This document shows, piece after piece, positions 48,986 through 60,731 of a stretch of DNA of 64,000 nucleotides; the stretch's first letter is position 1, and each line of letters starts with the position of its first letter. Origin of the DNA: an uncultured Nitrospiraceae bacterium. GTDB taxonomy: Bacteria > Nitrospirota > Nitrospiria > Nitrospirales > Nitrospiraceae. Both the position numbers and the translations under genes were made by a program. The notes beneath the pieces were generated by a model. That model saw only the letters and a list, made by a program, of their open reading frames with translations, was not told the DNA's origin and ran no database searches. The stretch spans positions 416,001 through 480,000 of the forward strand of contig CAVSTP010000003.1 of assembly GCA_963730935.1 (NCBI GenBank), given 5' to 3'.

Positions 48986-50314
48986 CTATCCTTTCCGTCC
49001 TCTGCCGGACGAGGACTTTGCGGCGGAGTTCAGCTGATGGAGCAGACTCCCGGCCGCGGTAATGCGGACCGCTGGATCCGAGTCATGGAGACCTTTTTTG
49101 ATCATAGACAGTACGGGCAGGGAGAGTTTTCCCAAGGATTTGGCCGCGTAGAGACGCGGTTGGGGTTGCTGATCTTGGAGGAGCGTCTGGAGGATAGAGA
49201 GCGCTTGTTTGTCGGATGCTGCGCCCAGGGCCTGAGCCGCGGAGGCCCGCACAGACGGATCTGGATGACGTGCAAGGTCGGTCGCCACGAGAACCGCACT
49301 GTGGTCGCCCAATCGTAGGAGCCCTTCGACCGCGCTGGCTCTGACCTGCATGGACGCATCACGTGTTAATGCATGAAGGAGCGGACGCGAGTCTTTGGTG
49401 CCGACGCGGCCCAGACTGGCGGCCGCAACTGCTCTCACGCGAGCGTGCTCATCTCCGAGTGCATGCGTGAGAGGGGCCACCGCACCTGGCTGGCCGAACT
49501 CACCCAACGCACCTGCGGCGAATGCCCGTACGGGCGGTTCCGGATCATACACACCTTGGCTGAGCACACTGAGACTGGAGGGACGTTTCAGCCGGCCCAG
49601 GACCCCGAGTGCAGCCATTCGCGTCTCGGGGTCCGGCAACGTAGCTGCTCCGATGATATCGGCCAGCATGCCCTGTTTGCCGAGTCTGTACAGGGCGGCA
49701 TAAGCAAAGACGCCTTCAGGCCCATCCTCTGTTCTCGCCACCTCGATCAATTGCGGCATGATGTCGGCCACCTGTGCTTCGCTCAGCGCATTCATCGCTG
49801 CAATACGTACCGAGGCTGAGTCATCTTGAAGTGCACGCCGCAAGGGTTGCGATTTAGCGGCAAGCCCTGCCCGTGCAAGCGCTTCGATGGCCCGTGCGCG
49901 CACGATGGGTGAGCTGTCCAACAAGCCACCCTCTAAGAGAGGATGCTGGTCCGGCAGGCTCAAGTCCGCAAGCGAGCTGTACGCGGCAATGCGAAGGTGT
50001 TCCCTGGTGTCGCGCACATAGGCGCTGAGGAAACTGATGCTCAATGGGCGCAGCAGGGCCGGATCGTCAACCTGGGCGGCTTTGACGAGCCGTTCATATA
50101 TTTCGAGCCCTTTCTCGGGTCGGCCAAGTTTGGTCGCGCTTTGCACGGCCAGCCGAAGCAGCGCTTTTGACGGAGTGACTTCAGAAGATTCCAGAGGTAG
50201 GAGTTGCAATACTGCGTTGTAGTCGGCACGGCTGAAGGCTTCGGTCGCTTCTCGTTCCAGGGAAGCCTCCGTGGCGGCCACGGTGTGAGAGGGGACCGCG
50301 AAGGCGAGCAGCAT
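48986..50314 (-). CDS. HEAT repeat protein, probably exported
   Basis: Many DxxxxVRxxAxxALG repeats. The start is uncertain (see findings). Confidence 0.88.
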   Translation of the reverse strand: MLLAFAVPSHTVAATEASLEREATEAFSRADYNAVLQLLPLESSEVTPSKALLRLAVQSATKLGRPEKGLEIYERLVKAAQVDDPALLRPLSISFLSAYVRDTREHLRIAAYSSLADLSLPDQHPLLEGGLLDSSPIVRARAIEALARAGLAAKSQPLRRALQDDSASVRIAAMNALSEAQVADIMPQLIEVARTEDGPEGVFAYAALYRLGKQGMLADIIGAATLPDPETRMAALGVLGRLKRPSSLSVLSQGVYDPEPPVRAFAAGALGEFGQPGAVAPLTHALGDEHARVRAVAAASLGRVGTKDSRPLLHALTRDASMQVRASAVEGLLRLGDHSAVLVATDLARHPDPSVRASAAQALGAASDKQALSILQTLLQDQQPQPRLYAAKSLGKLSLPVLSMIKKGLHDSDPAVRITAAGSLLHQLNSAAKSSSGRGRKG

Positions 50315-50342
50315 GCAGATGAGGGAGATCAGCGATTCATCC

Positions 50343-52502
50343 TCACCAGGTTGTGGGGACGTCAGTCATCGCGGGGCAGTACAACATCTCGACATAGTCC
50401 TTCACCATCCGCTTGGTGCAGAACCGGGGAGCGACGGTTCTGATGCTTTCCTTGACCATCTGGAGCCAGCCGCGCGGAATGCCGTCGAGATCGCGCTGGT
50501 AAAATAACGGCACCGCCTCCTGCTCCAACTGACGGTAAAGTTGTTCGGCATCGTGAGCGTCCTGTGCTGGCACATCGGAGTTGCCCTCTAAGGGCTGAAT
50601 GCCCCAGCCGTTTGCCCCGTTGTAGCCTTCCTGCCACCAGCCGTCGAGCGTGCTGAAATGAAGCACGCCATTTAGCGCTGCTTTCATCCCGCTGGTGCCG
50701 CTGGCCTCCATGGGAAACCGAGGGGTGTTCAGCCAGATGTCCACGCCTTGGACCAAGAATTTGGCCATGTGCATTTCGTAGTCTTCGAGGAAGGCCACGT
50801 GTCCGCCGAGCTTGTGATCGTTGCAAAAATTCATGACTTCGTGGATGAAAAAGCGGCCCGGTTCGTCGGCGGGGTGGGCTTTCCCGGCGAAGACAAGCTG
50901 GACCGGCCGCCACTTGTCCTGTAACAGTCGCTTCAATCGCTCGAGGTCATGGAAGAGCAGGGTGGCGCGTTTGTAGGTCGCAAAGCGTCTCGCGAATCCG
51001 ATCGTCAAGGCTTCCGGATCGAGCAGCGTGCCGCGGCTCAGTACCTGTGATGGCTGCAGATTCCCCTGCATCCATCCTGTGCGCGCACGTTCGCGGATGA
51101 ATCCCATCAACTTGCGTTTCATGGTTTGACGGACCGCCCACAATTCAGGGTCGGGAATGTCGAGTACGCGCTGCCACATTGCCGGGTCGTCGCAATGCTC
51201 AGACCAGGCGGGATGGAGCGATTTGCTGTAAAGGCGATGCAAATCCTGCGCAATCCATGTCGGGGCATGAATGCCGTTGGTGATATGCCGGATCGGCACC
51301 GTTTCGACCGGCAATCCTGGCCAAAAATGTTGCCACATCTCCCGACTGACGCGGCCGTGTTCACGGCTTACCCCGTTGACGTGCGCTGAAAGGCGCATCA
51401 CGAGGGCCGTCATGTTGAACCCATGCCCACGCGATTCCGGCGTCTCACCTAACCGCAGGAATTCGTCCCTTGAGAGATTGAGCTGGTCCCAATATCCGGA
51501 AAAATAACGATCTATCAGGTAATGCGGGAAGACGTCATGGCCAGCGGGGACCGGCGTATGGGTCGTGAAGACCGTGCTTTGGCGGACCGCGTCACAGGCC
51601 TCAGCATGGGAGCGGCCGCTTTGGACCATTTCGCGCACTCGCTCCAACGTCAGAAACGCAGAGTGACCTTCGTTCGCGTGCCAGACTGCCGGCGCAATGC
51701 CCAGCGCACGAAGCAGGCGCACACCGCCGATGCCCAAGAGAATTTCCTGACAGAGCCGCATCTCTTGGTCGCCACCGTACAATCGCGCCGACAACGCACG
51801 GTTCTCAGGGCTGTTCTCGGGCACATCGGTATCGATCAAATACAGCGGGATGCGGCCAACCAGCACCTTCCAGACCACGGCTGAAACATTGCGTCCGCCC
51901 ATGTCGACCGTGAACCGGCATTGTTCACCCGAGGGTGTGAGGGCCGGATGGATGGGGGAATCCTCCCGATTGAACGGGGCGTATGCGGCTTCCTGCCATC
52001 CTTCCTGGGTGATCCGCTGGCGAAAATAGCCCTGAGGATACATGAACCCAATGCCGACGAGAGGGACGCCCAAATCGCTTGCCTCCTTGCAATGATCGCC
52101 CGCAAGGATGCCGAGACCTCCGCTGTAAATGGGAATGGAGGTATGGAGGCCGAATTCGGCGGAAAAGTAGGCGATGATATTTTTGGTTTCCGCGGCGTGC
52201 TTCGTGCTGAACCAACTCCGTCCGTTGGCCTTGTACTCGTCGAACAGTTTGAGCACGGCGGAGTACTGTCTGAGATACGACGGGTCATCCGCGAGCTTGG
52301 CCAATCGCTTGGGGCTCACGTCGGCCAGCAGCTTGACCGGATTGTGGTGCGTGTAGAACCACAGTGTGGGGTCGATGGCCTCGAAGAGCTGGCGGGCCTC
52401 CACGGTCCAACTCCACCAAATATTCAGGGACAGTTCGGACAGCCGAGCGAGGCTGGCTGGAATATGTGTGTGCACAGAATCGATGGGCCTCGTCGTGTTC
52501 AC
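50343..52502 (-). CDS. glgP: Alpha-glucan (glycogen/maltodextrin) phosphorylase
   Basis: YSGGLGILAGD, FARRFATYKRA, EASGTSGMKA (PLP-binding Lys). Confidence 0.96.
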   Translation of the reverse strand: MNTTRPIDSVHTHIPASLARLSELSLNIWWSWTVEARQLFEAIDPTLWFYTHHNPVKLLADVSPKRLAKLADDPSYLRQYSAVLKLFDEYKANGRSWFSTKHAAETKNIIAYFSAEFGLHTSIPIYSGGLGILAGDHCKEASDLGVPLVGIGFMYPQGYFRQRITQEGWQEAAYAPFNREDSPIHPALTPSGEQCRFTVDMGGRNVSAVVWKVLVGRIPLYLIDTDVPENSPENRALSARLYGGDQEMRLCQEILLGIGGVRLLRALGIAPAVWHANEGHSAFLTLERVREMVQSGRSHAEACDAVRQSTVFTTHTPVPAGHDVFPHYLIDRYFSGYWDQLNLSRDEFLRLGETPESRGHGFNMTALVMRLSAHVNGVSREHGRVSREMWQHFWPGLPVETVPIRHITNGIHAPTWIAQDLHRLYSKSLHPAWSEHCDDPAMWQRVLDIPDPELWAVRQTMKRKLMGFIRERARTGWMQGNLQPSQVLSRGTLLDPEALTIGFARRFATYKRATLLFHDLERLKRLLQDKWRPVQLVFAGKAHPADEPGRFFIHEVMNFCNDHKLGGHVAFLEDYEMHMAKFLVQGVDIWLNTPRFPMEASGTSGMKAALNGVLHFSTLDGWWQEGYNGANGWGIQPLEGNSDVPAQDAHDAEQLYRQLEQEAVPLFYQRDLDGIPRGWLQMVKESIRTVAPRFCTKRMVKDYVEMLYCPAMTDVPTTW

Positions 52503-52567
52503 TCAGTCTCCTTGTAAGGTGGACATGAAAGCGGCGAGAAGACGGTCGCGCGTGGCGCGTGGAACGT

Positions 52568-53410
52568 TCAGGCGTGACCTGCCTTGTGCCAAGAGTTCCA
52601 CTCATCGGAGAATGCCACGGCGGCATACCGTTCGCCAAGCACTTTCGCAACTCGATTCATCAGCTTGGTGAGCTGTTGAGTCTCCTCGGTGGTAAGGTCT
52701 TGACGAAAACGCGGGTGCAGTCCCCAGCGCGTTTCAATTTCGTCGCCGGAGACATCTGACATGACACTGATGAGTTTGATTTCGTTTCCTGTCTGCCCTC
52801 GTGGCGGCCCGCTTGCGACCGATTCGGTTTGGCCGGCAGATGGTGAAGCTGCGGGGCCGGCCTCCGGGGGCTGTTCGCCTTTGAGGATTGCTATGATAGC
52901 AGGAACCATCGCTGTCGCGCACAACGTGGCCGCAGAGGTGATTTGGGGATTGTCAGCGACGCCGAGAGCATCGGCCACGCGTCCGCCGAAGGCGTCGAAC
53001 ATGGCGTTCTGGGCCTTGCTCTCTTCCGTAATCGAGAATCGATAGCCCTCGTAGAGTTTTCGACTTTCCGCCACCACACCGCTGATGGTCATCATGATCT
53101 CGTTTTGATCGACCGACGAGAAGGCTGGCTCCAGCACCGCACGCAATCGAGTCGTCATGGCATCTTCCAGTCCATTCATGAAGTCCGGCTGATCTTTAAT
53201 GGGAATATGAAATGCCGACAGGCGGTCGGCTAGGTTGAACGTGATCTTGAGGAACTCGAGGTAGAGTTTCCACTCGTCCTGCCGTTTCAGCTTGAGCGCC
53301 TGTTCGGGGGCGTTCTTCTTCATGACGGTCACCGATTCTCCGGCGACGGCCAGCATCAGATCGGCGAGCAAGCGTTGCTGTTCACTATAGGAGATACTGG
53401 TTGTGGCCAT
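52568..53410 (-). CDS. Hypothetical protein
   Basis: 280-aa ORF with RBS GGAGG. No motif recognised. Confidence 0.75.
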   Translation of the reverse strand: MATTSISYSEQQRLLADLMLAVAGESVTVMKKNAPEQALKLKRQDEWKLYLEFLKITFNLADRLSAFHIPIKDQPDFMNGLEDAMTTRLRAVLEPAFSSVDQNEIMMTISGVVAESRKLYEGYRFSITEESKAQNAMFDAFGGRVADALGVADNPQITSAATLCATAMVPAIIAILKGEQPPEAGPAASPSAGQTESVASGPPRGQTGNEIKLISVMSDVSGDEIETRWGLHPRFRQDLTTEETQQLTKLMNRVAKVLGERYAAVAFSDEWNSWHKAGHA

Positions 53411-53590
53411 GAGCGGAGTGCTTCCTCCCGTTTAGGTTGGGGTATTATAACCGAGTGGTCCTCTAGGCTCCAAGAGGGAGGCGGGTCGGCGACTCCTTGC
53501 ATGGTTTCGCGGGTTTTCTGCTGGCAAATCGCCGGCCAGTCGTCCACAATGCGCGAAATGAAATGAAGGAGTTGTGACCCGGCCTACCCG

Positions 53591-54421
53591 ATGGAAGCGC
53601 TACCGCTGCTGTTGTTGAAGACCGTCCTTCTGCGCCCTTACGTCTTTGCCTTTCTTGCCGCCTTTCTCTTCATCGGCCACGGGCTCCTCGGTTGGCGAAG
53701 GACAAGCGCCTTTCTGCTCGTCAGTTGGGTGACGGCGTTTCTCTGCGAATTCTCCTCGACACGCATCGGTGTGCCGTTTGGATTTTACTATTACAACGGC
53801 TCCACGGTGGGGGAGGAACTCTACATCGCAAACGTTCCCTTCATGGATTCTCTTTCATTCACGTTTCTGTTGTTTGCGAGTTATTGTCTGGCGCTGGTTT
53901 TTGTACTGCCCTCCCACCAGCTATTGGGCCCCTATCGGTTGCGCCTCCTGCTGGATCCGGCCATCAGAACCGCATGGCCGGCACTGGTGCTGACGGCCGC
54001 GTTTTTGACGTTCATCGATGTCATCATCGATCCCGTCGCGCTGCGGGGCGACCGCTGGTTTCTCGGCCTGATCTACGGATATCCGGACCCAGGGGTGTAT
54101 TTCGGGATTCCGCTCATGAACTTTGTGGGATGGGCCGTGGTGGGACTCATCGCCCTCTCGATCTACTTCGTCATCGACCGGCGGTTGCCGCCAGTGCATG
54201 CGGACGCCACGGTGACTAGGCACCTGCTCCTTGGCTGCGGCCTCTATTACGGTGTCCTCACTTTCAATCTCGTCATCACATTCTGGATTGGAGAACCCCT
54301 CCTCGGTCTGGTCGGCGTCATGATTTATCTCCCGGTGACCCTCTTGTTTGTGCTGCGCCTGCTCAACCGAGTTCCCGGAGCGGTAGTTGCTCGAACTTCT
54401 ACTGCACAACTCTCACATTAG
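53591..54421 (+). CDS. Carotenoid biosynthesis (DUF422/CruF-like) membrane protein
   Basis: E...TRIGVPFGFYYY, DVIIDPVA, YFGIPLMNFVGW, multi-TM. Confidence 0.8.
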   Translation: MEALPLLLLKTVLLRPYVFAFLAAFLFIGHGLLGWRRTSAFLLVSWVTAFLCEFSSTRIGVPFGFYYYNGSTVGEELYIANVPFMDSLSFTFLLFASYCLALVFVLPSHQLLGPYRLRLLLDPAIRTAWPALVLTAAFLTFIDVIIDPVALRGDRWFLGLIYGYPDPGVYFGIPLMNFVGWAVVGLIALSIYFVIDRRLPPVHADATVTRHLLLGCGLYYGVLTFNLVITFWIGEPLLGLVGVMIYLPVTLLFVLRLLNRVPGAVVARTSTAQLSH

Positions 54422-54515
54422 AGAACTAGAGTACTCCATGTTACCGATGGGCAGCGCTCTGCGTTGAAACATTCACGTTGTAATGTTATACAGCGCAGTC
54501 ACGTTTCTTTCCTTC

Positions 54516-56540
54516 ATGAGTCGCGACATCACACCATACGTCTTAAAGCGCCCGCCGGAGGACTCCACTCCTCGGAAGCTCTCTATCGATTACGCTGCAG
54601 CATTGAACCCGCAGCAACTTGCGGCGGTGACGGCAGGCGACGGGCCTTCCTTGGTAATTGCCGGTGCTGGCAGCGGGAAAACGCGCACACTGGTGTATCG
54701 CGTGGCCTATCTGATTGATAGCGGTGTCGATGCCTCGAATATCCTCCTGCTGACCTTTACGCGCAAGTCGGCGCAAGAGATGCTGCAACGGGCTGGGGAA
54801 TTGATCGGTGTGCGCAGCGAACGCGTATGCGGCGGCACGTTTCACTCGGTTGCGAACATGCTGCTCCGGCGCTACGGCCGGGCGATTGGGTTGGAGCCGG
54901 GATTTACGATTTTGGATCGAGGCGATGCCGAAGACTTAATTGCCCTCGTCCGGTCGCAACTCGGACTCAACGAAAAAGACAAGCGATTTCCACGGAAGGG
55001 CACCATCGCGGAAATCTTCAGCAAGTCCGAGAATACGTTGCGGACATTGGACGACATCGTCATCGAGGAATTCAGTCATTTCGCCGATCATCTCGAGGCG
55101 CTTTCGCAACTTCAGACGGGCTATCGTGCTGCAAAGCGCCAGCGGCAGCTCGTGGACTACGATGACCTCCTTGTGTTGTTGCGCCAGCTTTTGGTGCAGG
55201 ATGCTCATGCCAGAGAGGCGATTTCGCGACTGTATCGTTACATTTTGGTCGACGAATATCAGGATACGAATCGATTACAGGCGGACGTGATCAGAAATTT
55301 GGCGGCCTCTCATCAGAACGTCATGGTCGTCGGCGACGACAGCCAGTCGATTTATGCCTTCCGGGGCGCGACGTTCAAGAATATCATGGAGTTCCCGACG
55401 CTATTCACGGGCGCCACGATCTATAAATTGGAGGAAAATTATCGAAGCACGCAGCCGATTTTGAACCTCGCCAACTGCATCATTGAAGAAGCGGCTGAGA
55501 AATATACCAAGCACCTGTTCACACGGAAGCTTGACGGACCCTTGCCGACGCTGGCTGAGGCGGCAGGAGAGAATGCCCAGTCGCGGTTCGTGGCCCAGAA
55601 AATTCTGGAATTGCGTGAAGAGGGCGTGCCATTGAGCGAGGTGGCGGTTTTGTTCCGTTCCAGTTTTCATTCGTTCGATCTGGAGATTGAGTTGTCCCGA
55701 TGCGGATTGCCCTTCGTCAAACGCGGCGGAGTGAAGTTCATTGAAACCGCCCATGTCAAGGATCTGCTGGCGCACCTTCGTGTCGTCGCCAATCCGCTCG
55801 ACGCTGTGAGCTGGCATCGGGTTCTAATGCTTGTCGAGGGGGTTGGCCCCAAGAAGGCCCAAGATCTGTTGACCACATTGGTGAAATCGGAGAGGCCCTA
55901 CGACGTGTTGCGGGCTGTAAGTGGGCGATCGACTCAGGGACTGAAGAACTTGGCGCATACGCTGGAAGGTCTCTCAGGTGCCGACGATCGCCGGACGGCA
56001 GAACAAGTCAATCACATTTATGAATATTACCTCCCGATCCTCAAGGAGCAATACGACGATTATCCCAAGCGGATTCGGGACCTCGATCACCTCCATACGA
56101 TTGCCGAGGGATATCCGGAAGTGGAGACCTTCCTTTCCGATCTGGCCCTCGAACCCCCGGACGGTAGTGCGGTAGACGTCGAAGCTCCGGATCGCGACGA
56201 TGAGCGGATGGTGTTATCGACTATTCATTCGGCCAAAGGGCTGGAATGGCAGTGTGTGTTCGTCATTTGGGTGGTCGACGGAAAATTTCCGTCGATCTAT
56301 TCGTTCGTCACCGATGAAGAACTTGAAGAAGAGCGGCGACTGTTCTATGTGGCAGTGACGCGCGCCAAGCGCCATCTCTTTTTAACATACCCCATTAACG
56401 TCTTCGATAAGAGCAGCGGTATGTTGTTGTCGAAGCCCACTCGATTCCTCGATCATATCTCTCCGGCGATGTTTGAGCAGCTGGCCTTGGTCGAAGAAGG
56501 TCAGGCCGACTGGGGCCACTATCGAGACAGCGATTATTGA
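54516..56540 (+). CDS. UvrD/PcrA/Rep family ATP-dependent DNA helicase
   Basis: AGAGSGKT, VDEYQD, VGDDSQSIYAFRGA, LEENYRS, STIHSAKGLE, EERRLFYVAVTRA. Confidence 0.95.
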   Translation: MSRDITPYVLKRPPEDSTPRKLSIDYAAALNPQQLAAVTAGDGPSLVIAGAGSGKTRTLVYRVAYLIDSGVDASNILLLTFTRKSAQEMLQRAGELIGVRSERVCGGTFHSVANMLLRRYGRAIGLEPGFTILDRGDAEDLIALVRSQLGLNEKDKRFPRKGTIAEIFSKSENTLRTLDDIVIEEFSHFADHLEALSQLQTGYRAAKRQRQLVDYDDLLVLLRQLLVQDAHAREAISRLYRYILVDEYQDTNRLQADVIRNLAASHQNVMVVGDDSQSIYAFRGATFKNIMEFPTLFTGATIYKLEENYRSTQPILNLANCIIEEAAEKYTKHLFTRKLDGPLPTLAEAAGENAQSRFVAQKILELREEGVPLSEVAVLFRSSFHSFDLEIELSRCGLPFVKRGGVKFIETAHVKDLLAHLRVVANPLDAVSWHRVLMLVEGVGPKKAQDLLTTLVKSERPYDVLRAVSGRSTQGLKNLAHTLEGLSGADDRRTAEQVNHIYEYYLPILKEQYDDYPKRIRDLDHLHTIAEGYPEVETFLSDLALEPPDGSAVDVEAPDRDDERMVLSTIHSAKGLEWQCVFVIWVVDGKFPSIYSFVTDEELEEERRLFYVAVTRAKRHLFLTYPINVFDKSSGMLLSKPTRFLDHISPAMFEQLALVEEGQADWGHYRDSDY

Positions 56541-56547
56541 GATCTCG

Positions 56548-57438
56548 ATGTATCCGATCGTGGGTTCCCTTGTAGCGCTTCTCGTCTGCCTGTCGACGCT
56601 TCCGGCCCTCGGGAGCGGGACAGCCTCGGATTCTCCGGGGCATATCTGGAAACAAATCACGGCTGAAGCCGAGAGTTTGGGGTTGCCCACCAAGTTTTTG
56701 CGAACGGTCCCTGCCGAGTTTGTCGGCTTTGAGTTTGACGATTTGCAGGCCTTTGCGGCCGAGTATCATCCGTCCGAGCATCGCATGGTGTTGAATCGAA
56801 CCCTCTCGTTCAACGTGGCGGGAGGAACGTTGCGTCCACTGGCTCGGCTGACGCATGCAGAATTGGAGACCCTGTACCACGAACTCTTCCATGCGTACAT
56901 GGACTATCTGTCGACCACGGAAGCGCAAGGACAGCCTGATCCCTTCTTAAGCTTTGCGCGGGAACAGCAGCAATGCCGGTACGGCGCCGTCTTCATCACC
57001 CCCGTGGTACAACGGAGAAAGGAAACGGAAGAGCGGTTTCTCAGCGAGCGTGAATCTTGGGAAGCGTTGAACGAAGGGTGGGCTGTCTTTGTCGGCTGGA
57101 CGGTCTGGAGCCAACTGGAAATGCGGCATGGCGGCGGCCAGTCCATCCACAAGCCCGGCAAACTGCGGGATGCATGGCTTCGCCGGCTCGAAGAGGCGGA
57201 TCGAGAGGGCAAGCTCCGCGGCTACTATGAGCCGGAGAACCCCGCTGAGCGAAGCGTCACCAGAAAACGGTTTTTAGGCTCAACTTCACGTCTTTCGAGT
57301 GAAGAAATTGGACGCTTGATGTCAGGGCCACTGGAGTTTCCCTCGGATCTCGTCAAGCAGGCCCTCAAGAGGCTAGCCGGGACCCAGGGAACCCTGCACC
57401 ACGCCAAAGCCTGCGATCAGATTCCTGGAAATAATTGA
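56548..57438 (+). CDS. Exported protein with HExxH motif (putative zinc metallopeptidase)
   Basis: Signal peptide, LYHELFHAY and a downstream EALNEGWA. Confidence 0.7.
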   Translation: MYPIVGSLVALLVCLSTLPALGSGTASDSPGHIWKQITAEAESLGLPTKFLRTVPAEFVGFEFDDLQAFAAEYHPSEHRMVLNRTLSFNVAGGTLRPLARLTHAELETLYHELFHAYMDYLSTTEAQGQPDPFLSFAREQQQCRYGAVFITPVVQRRKETEERFLSERESWEALNEGWAVFVGWTVWSQLEMRHGGGQSIHKPGKLRDAWLRRLEEADREGKLRGYYEPENPAERSVTRKRFLGSTSRLSSEEIGRLMSGPLEFPSDLVKQALKRLAGTQGTLHHAKACDQIPGNN

Positions 57439-57584
57439 ATAAGTTTGTCTTTTCTCACGTTTTTCTCGGAGAAGATTACCGAAAAGTGTAGCGAGTTTCC
57501 TGAACATGAGGGTGGGGCAGGAGCTTGCAGAGCATATTAATGCGAAATAATGGTCCGAAAAGTGCTCCGCTCCCCCAGGAGGTC

Positions 57585-57613
57585 TTGACTTCGCATCACT
57601 TCATCAATAGAAT
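57585..57613 (+). promoter_or_regulatory. Sigma-70 promoter of the tRNA-tuf operon
   Basis: TTGACT-N17-TAGAAT. Confidence 0.7.
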
Positions 57614-57776
57614 CAGCCGTTTCCTGAACAAGGCTGAGTCCGCTGCTCATCACTTCCATCCTTAATTTTAAGGAGGGAGGTGCTGTGCGTGGACTAGCCT
57701 GCTCTTCTTTTCCCATCTTTCTCGATGCGAAACGAGGGCCCCTTCGTAGCTGGAATTTTTTACGTTGAGAGATTTC

Positions 57777-57861
57777 GGGCAGGTACCCAAGTGGCCAAAG
57801 GGGGCAGACTGTAAATCTGTTGCCATCGGCTTCCAAGGTTCGAATCCTTGCCTGCCCACCA
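57777..57861 (+). tRNA. tRNA-Tyr (GTA)
   Basis: Anticodon loop CTGTAAA, long variable arm, CCA end. Confidence 0.95.
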
Positions 57862-57952
57862 CAGCAGGCAATGCGGACGACAGTGGTGAGTGTCGAGCCC
57901 CGGTCATGACGGTTCTGTGGCTTCCACGCTCAACATCACGTTGGAGATCAAG

Positions 57953-58027
57953 GCGGGCGTAGCTCAGCGGTAGAGTCCCAGCCTTCCAAGCTGGCTGTCG
58001 TGGGTTCAACTCCCACCGCCCGCTCCA
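57953..58027 (+). tRNA. tRNA-Gly (TCC)
   Basis: GCGGGCGTAGCTCAG...CTTCCAA...CCCGCTCCA. Confidence 0.95.
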
Positions 58028-58140
58028 AGTGGCTACGACCTCAACGTTGTTCGTGACGCAGTTGGAGACATGAGTTGACGATTGGATTGAGACCGACGAC
58101 CTACGGAACCTTTTCACGGATGACGCAAGACAATTACATG

Positions 58141-58216
58141 GCCCACGTAGCTCAGTTGGTAGAGCACGTCCTTGGTAAGGACGAGGTCACGCGTTCGATC
58201 CGCGTCGTGGGCTCCA
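58141..58216 (+). tRNA. tRNA-Thr (GGT)
   Basis: GCCCACGTAGCTCAG...TTGGTAA...GTGGGCTCCA. Confidence 0.95.
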
Positions 58217-58299
58217 TACCACATTGTGCCGCAGGCGTGCGCCTCGGAGTGAGCCTGCGCTCGCGGGAATCATATTCGTTTTAGCAAAGGAGCTGAGGC

Positions 58300-59505
<1,206 letters not shown>

Positions 59506-59535
59506 TCCGGCTAGCGAAGGGGACAGGAGCAAGAG

Positions 59536-59685
59536 ATGCGAGAAATCATCGACCTGGCCTGTACGGCCTGCAAGCAGCGTAACTATTCGACAATGAAAAA
59601 TAAGAAAAACGATCCGGATCGGTTGGAACGAAACAAGTTTTGCAAGTTCTGCCGGAAGCACACGCCTCACAAGGAAGTGAAGTAA
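59536..59685 (+). CDS. rpmG: 50S ribosomal protein L33 (Zn-binding type)
   Basis: [49 protein letters not shown], below the ORF-track cutoff. Confidence 0.97.
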   Translation: MREIIDLACTACKQRNYSTMKNKKNDPDRLERNKFCKFCRKHTPHKEVK

Positions 59686-59716
59686 GGGTTCTGGGGAACT
59701 CAGAATCGCGATGTAG

Positions 59717-59791
59717 AGGGGCATGGTGTTAATGGCAGCACATCGGTCTCCAAAACCGAGAGTCTGGGTTCAAATCCTAGTGCCCCTGCCA
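59717..59791 (+). tRNA. tRNA-Trp (CCA)
   Basis: AGGGGCAT...CTCCAAA loop...TGCCCCTGCCA, in the usual position before secE. Confidence 0.95.
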
Positions 59792-59953
59792 AACAGAGCT
59801 TGCTCGACCCGGAGGGCTACTGGATTGAGCCCGACGGGATAAGCACCTTATGTGGGTTCTGTTTCCGTCTGAAGCTTGCTCGTGCCGGCTGCCATTGGAT
59901 GGTTCTTGGCAGACTGATAAAGGTTTGGCTTAGTTCAGAGGGAGTTGTCGTCA

Positions 59954-60148
59954 ATGATTACGAGGATGATCGAAAACATCAAAGAGTTTCTCGGCGATGT
60001 ACGCAATGAGCTTAAGAAGGTCTCGTTTCCAACGAAGGCGGAGACCATCGGATCTACAACGGTTGTGATCGTGTTCTGCGTGCTCATGTCGATCTATCTT
60101 TCAGTCATCGATTCGTTCTTATCTTGGCTGGTGGGGAAAATCATATGA
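59954..60148 (+). CDS. secE: Preprotein translocase subunit SecE
   Basis: ELKKVSFP motif, single TM and synteny. Confidence 0.95.
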   Translation: MITRMIENIKEFLGDVRNELKKVSFPTKAETIGSTTVVIVFCVLMSIYLSVIDSFLSWLVGKII

Positions 60149-60720
60149 GTGAGAGTCTATCAACCAAGGAACCGAAGACGGGCACGGGAAAAAACTGGTA
60201 CGTCATCCATACCTATGCCGGCTTCGAGGGACGCGTGAAAACCAGTTTGCTCGAACGGGCCAATCAGATGGCCCTCACGGAGAAGATGGGGCAGGTTCTG
60301 GTTCCAACGGAGGACGTCATCGAAATCAAGGACGGCAAACGGCGGACCTCACGGCGGAAATTTTTCCCCGGCTATGTCCTCGTCGAGTTGGAAACACCCG
60401 TGACCGATGAAACGCTTCAAATGATCAAGGAAACCCCCAAGGTCACCGGGTTTGTCGGGGGCGGGGCACAGCCGACTCCGTTAACGAATGAAGAAGTCGC
60501 TGAATTGTTGAAACAAGTCGATGCGGGCAGCGCGGGGCCCCGTGAGCAGGTCAAATTCATTAAAACCGACAATGTCCGCATCGTCGACGGACCATTCCTG
60601 GGCTTCAACGGCGTCGTCGATGAAGTCGATCAGGACCATAACCGCCTGAAGGTCATGGTCAGCATCTTCGGACGTTCAACGCCCGTCGAACTCGGATTCC
60701 TGCAGGTAGAACGCATATAG
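60145..60720 (+). CDS. nusG: Transcription termination/antitermination factor NusG
   Basis: WYVIHTYAGFE, FPGYVLV, KOW domain, VSIFGRSTPVEL. Confidence 0.98.
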   Translation: MSESLSTKEPKTGTGKNWYVIHTYAGFEGRVKTSLLERANQMALTEKMGQVLVPTEDVIEIKDGKRRTSRRKFFPGYVLVELETPVTDETLQMIKETPKVTGFVGGGAQPTPLTNEEVAELLKQVDAGSAGPREQVKFIKTDNVRIVDGPFLGFNGVVDEVDQDHNRLKVMVSIFGRSTPVELGFLQVERI

Positions 60721-60731
60721 AGGAGTAGCGC

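Noticed and set aside
57862..58140. CTCAAC...GTTGGAGA echoes in the tRNA spacers
   Set aside because: Too short and irregular to call a repeat or ncRNA. Probably processing stems.
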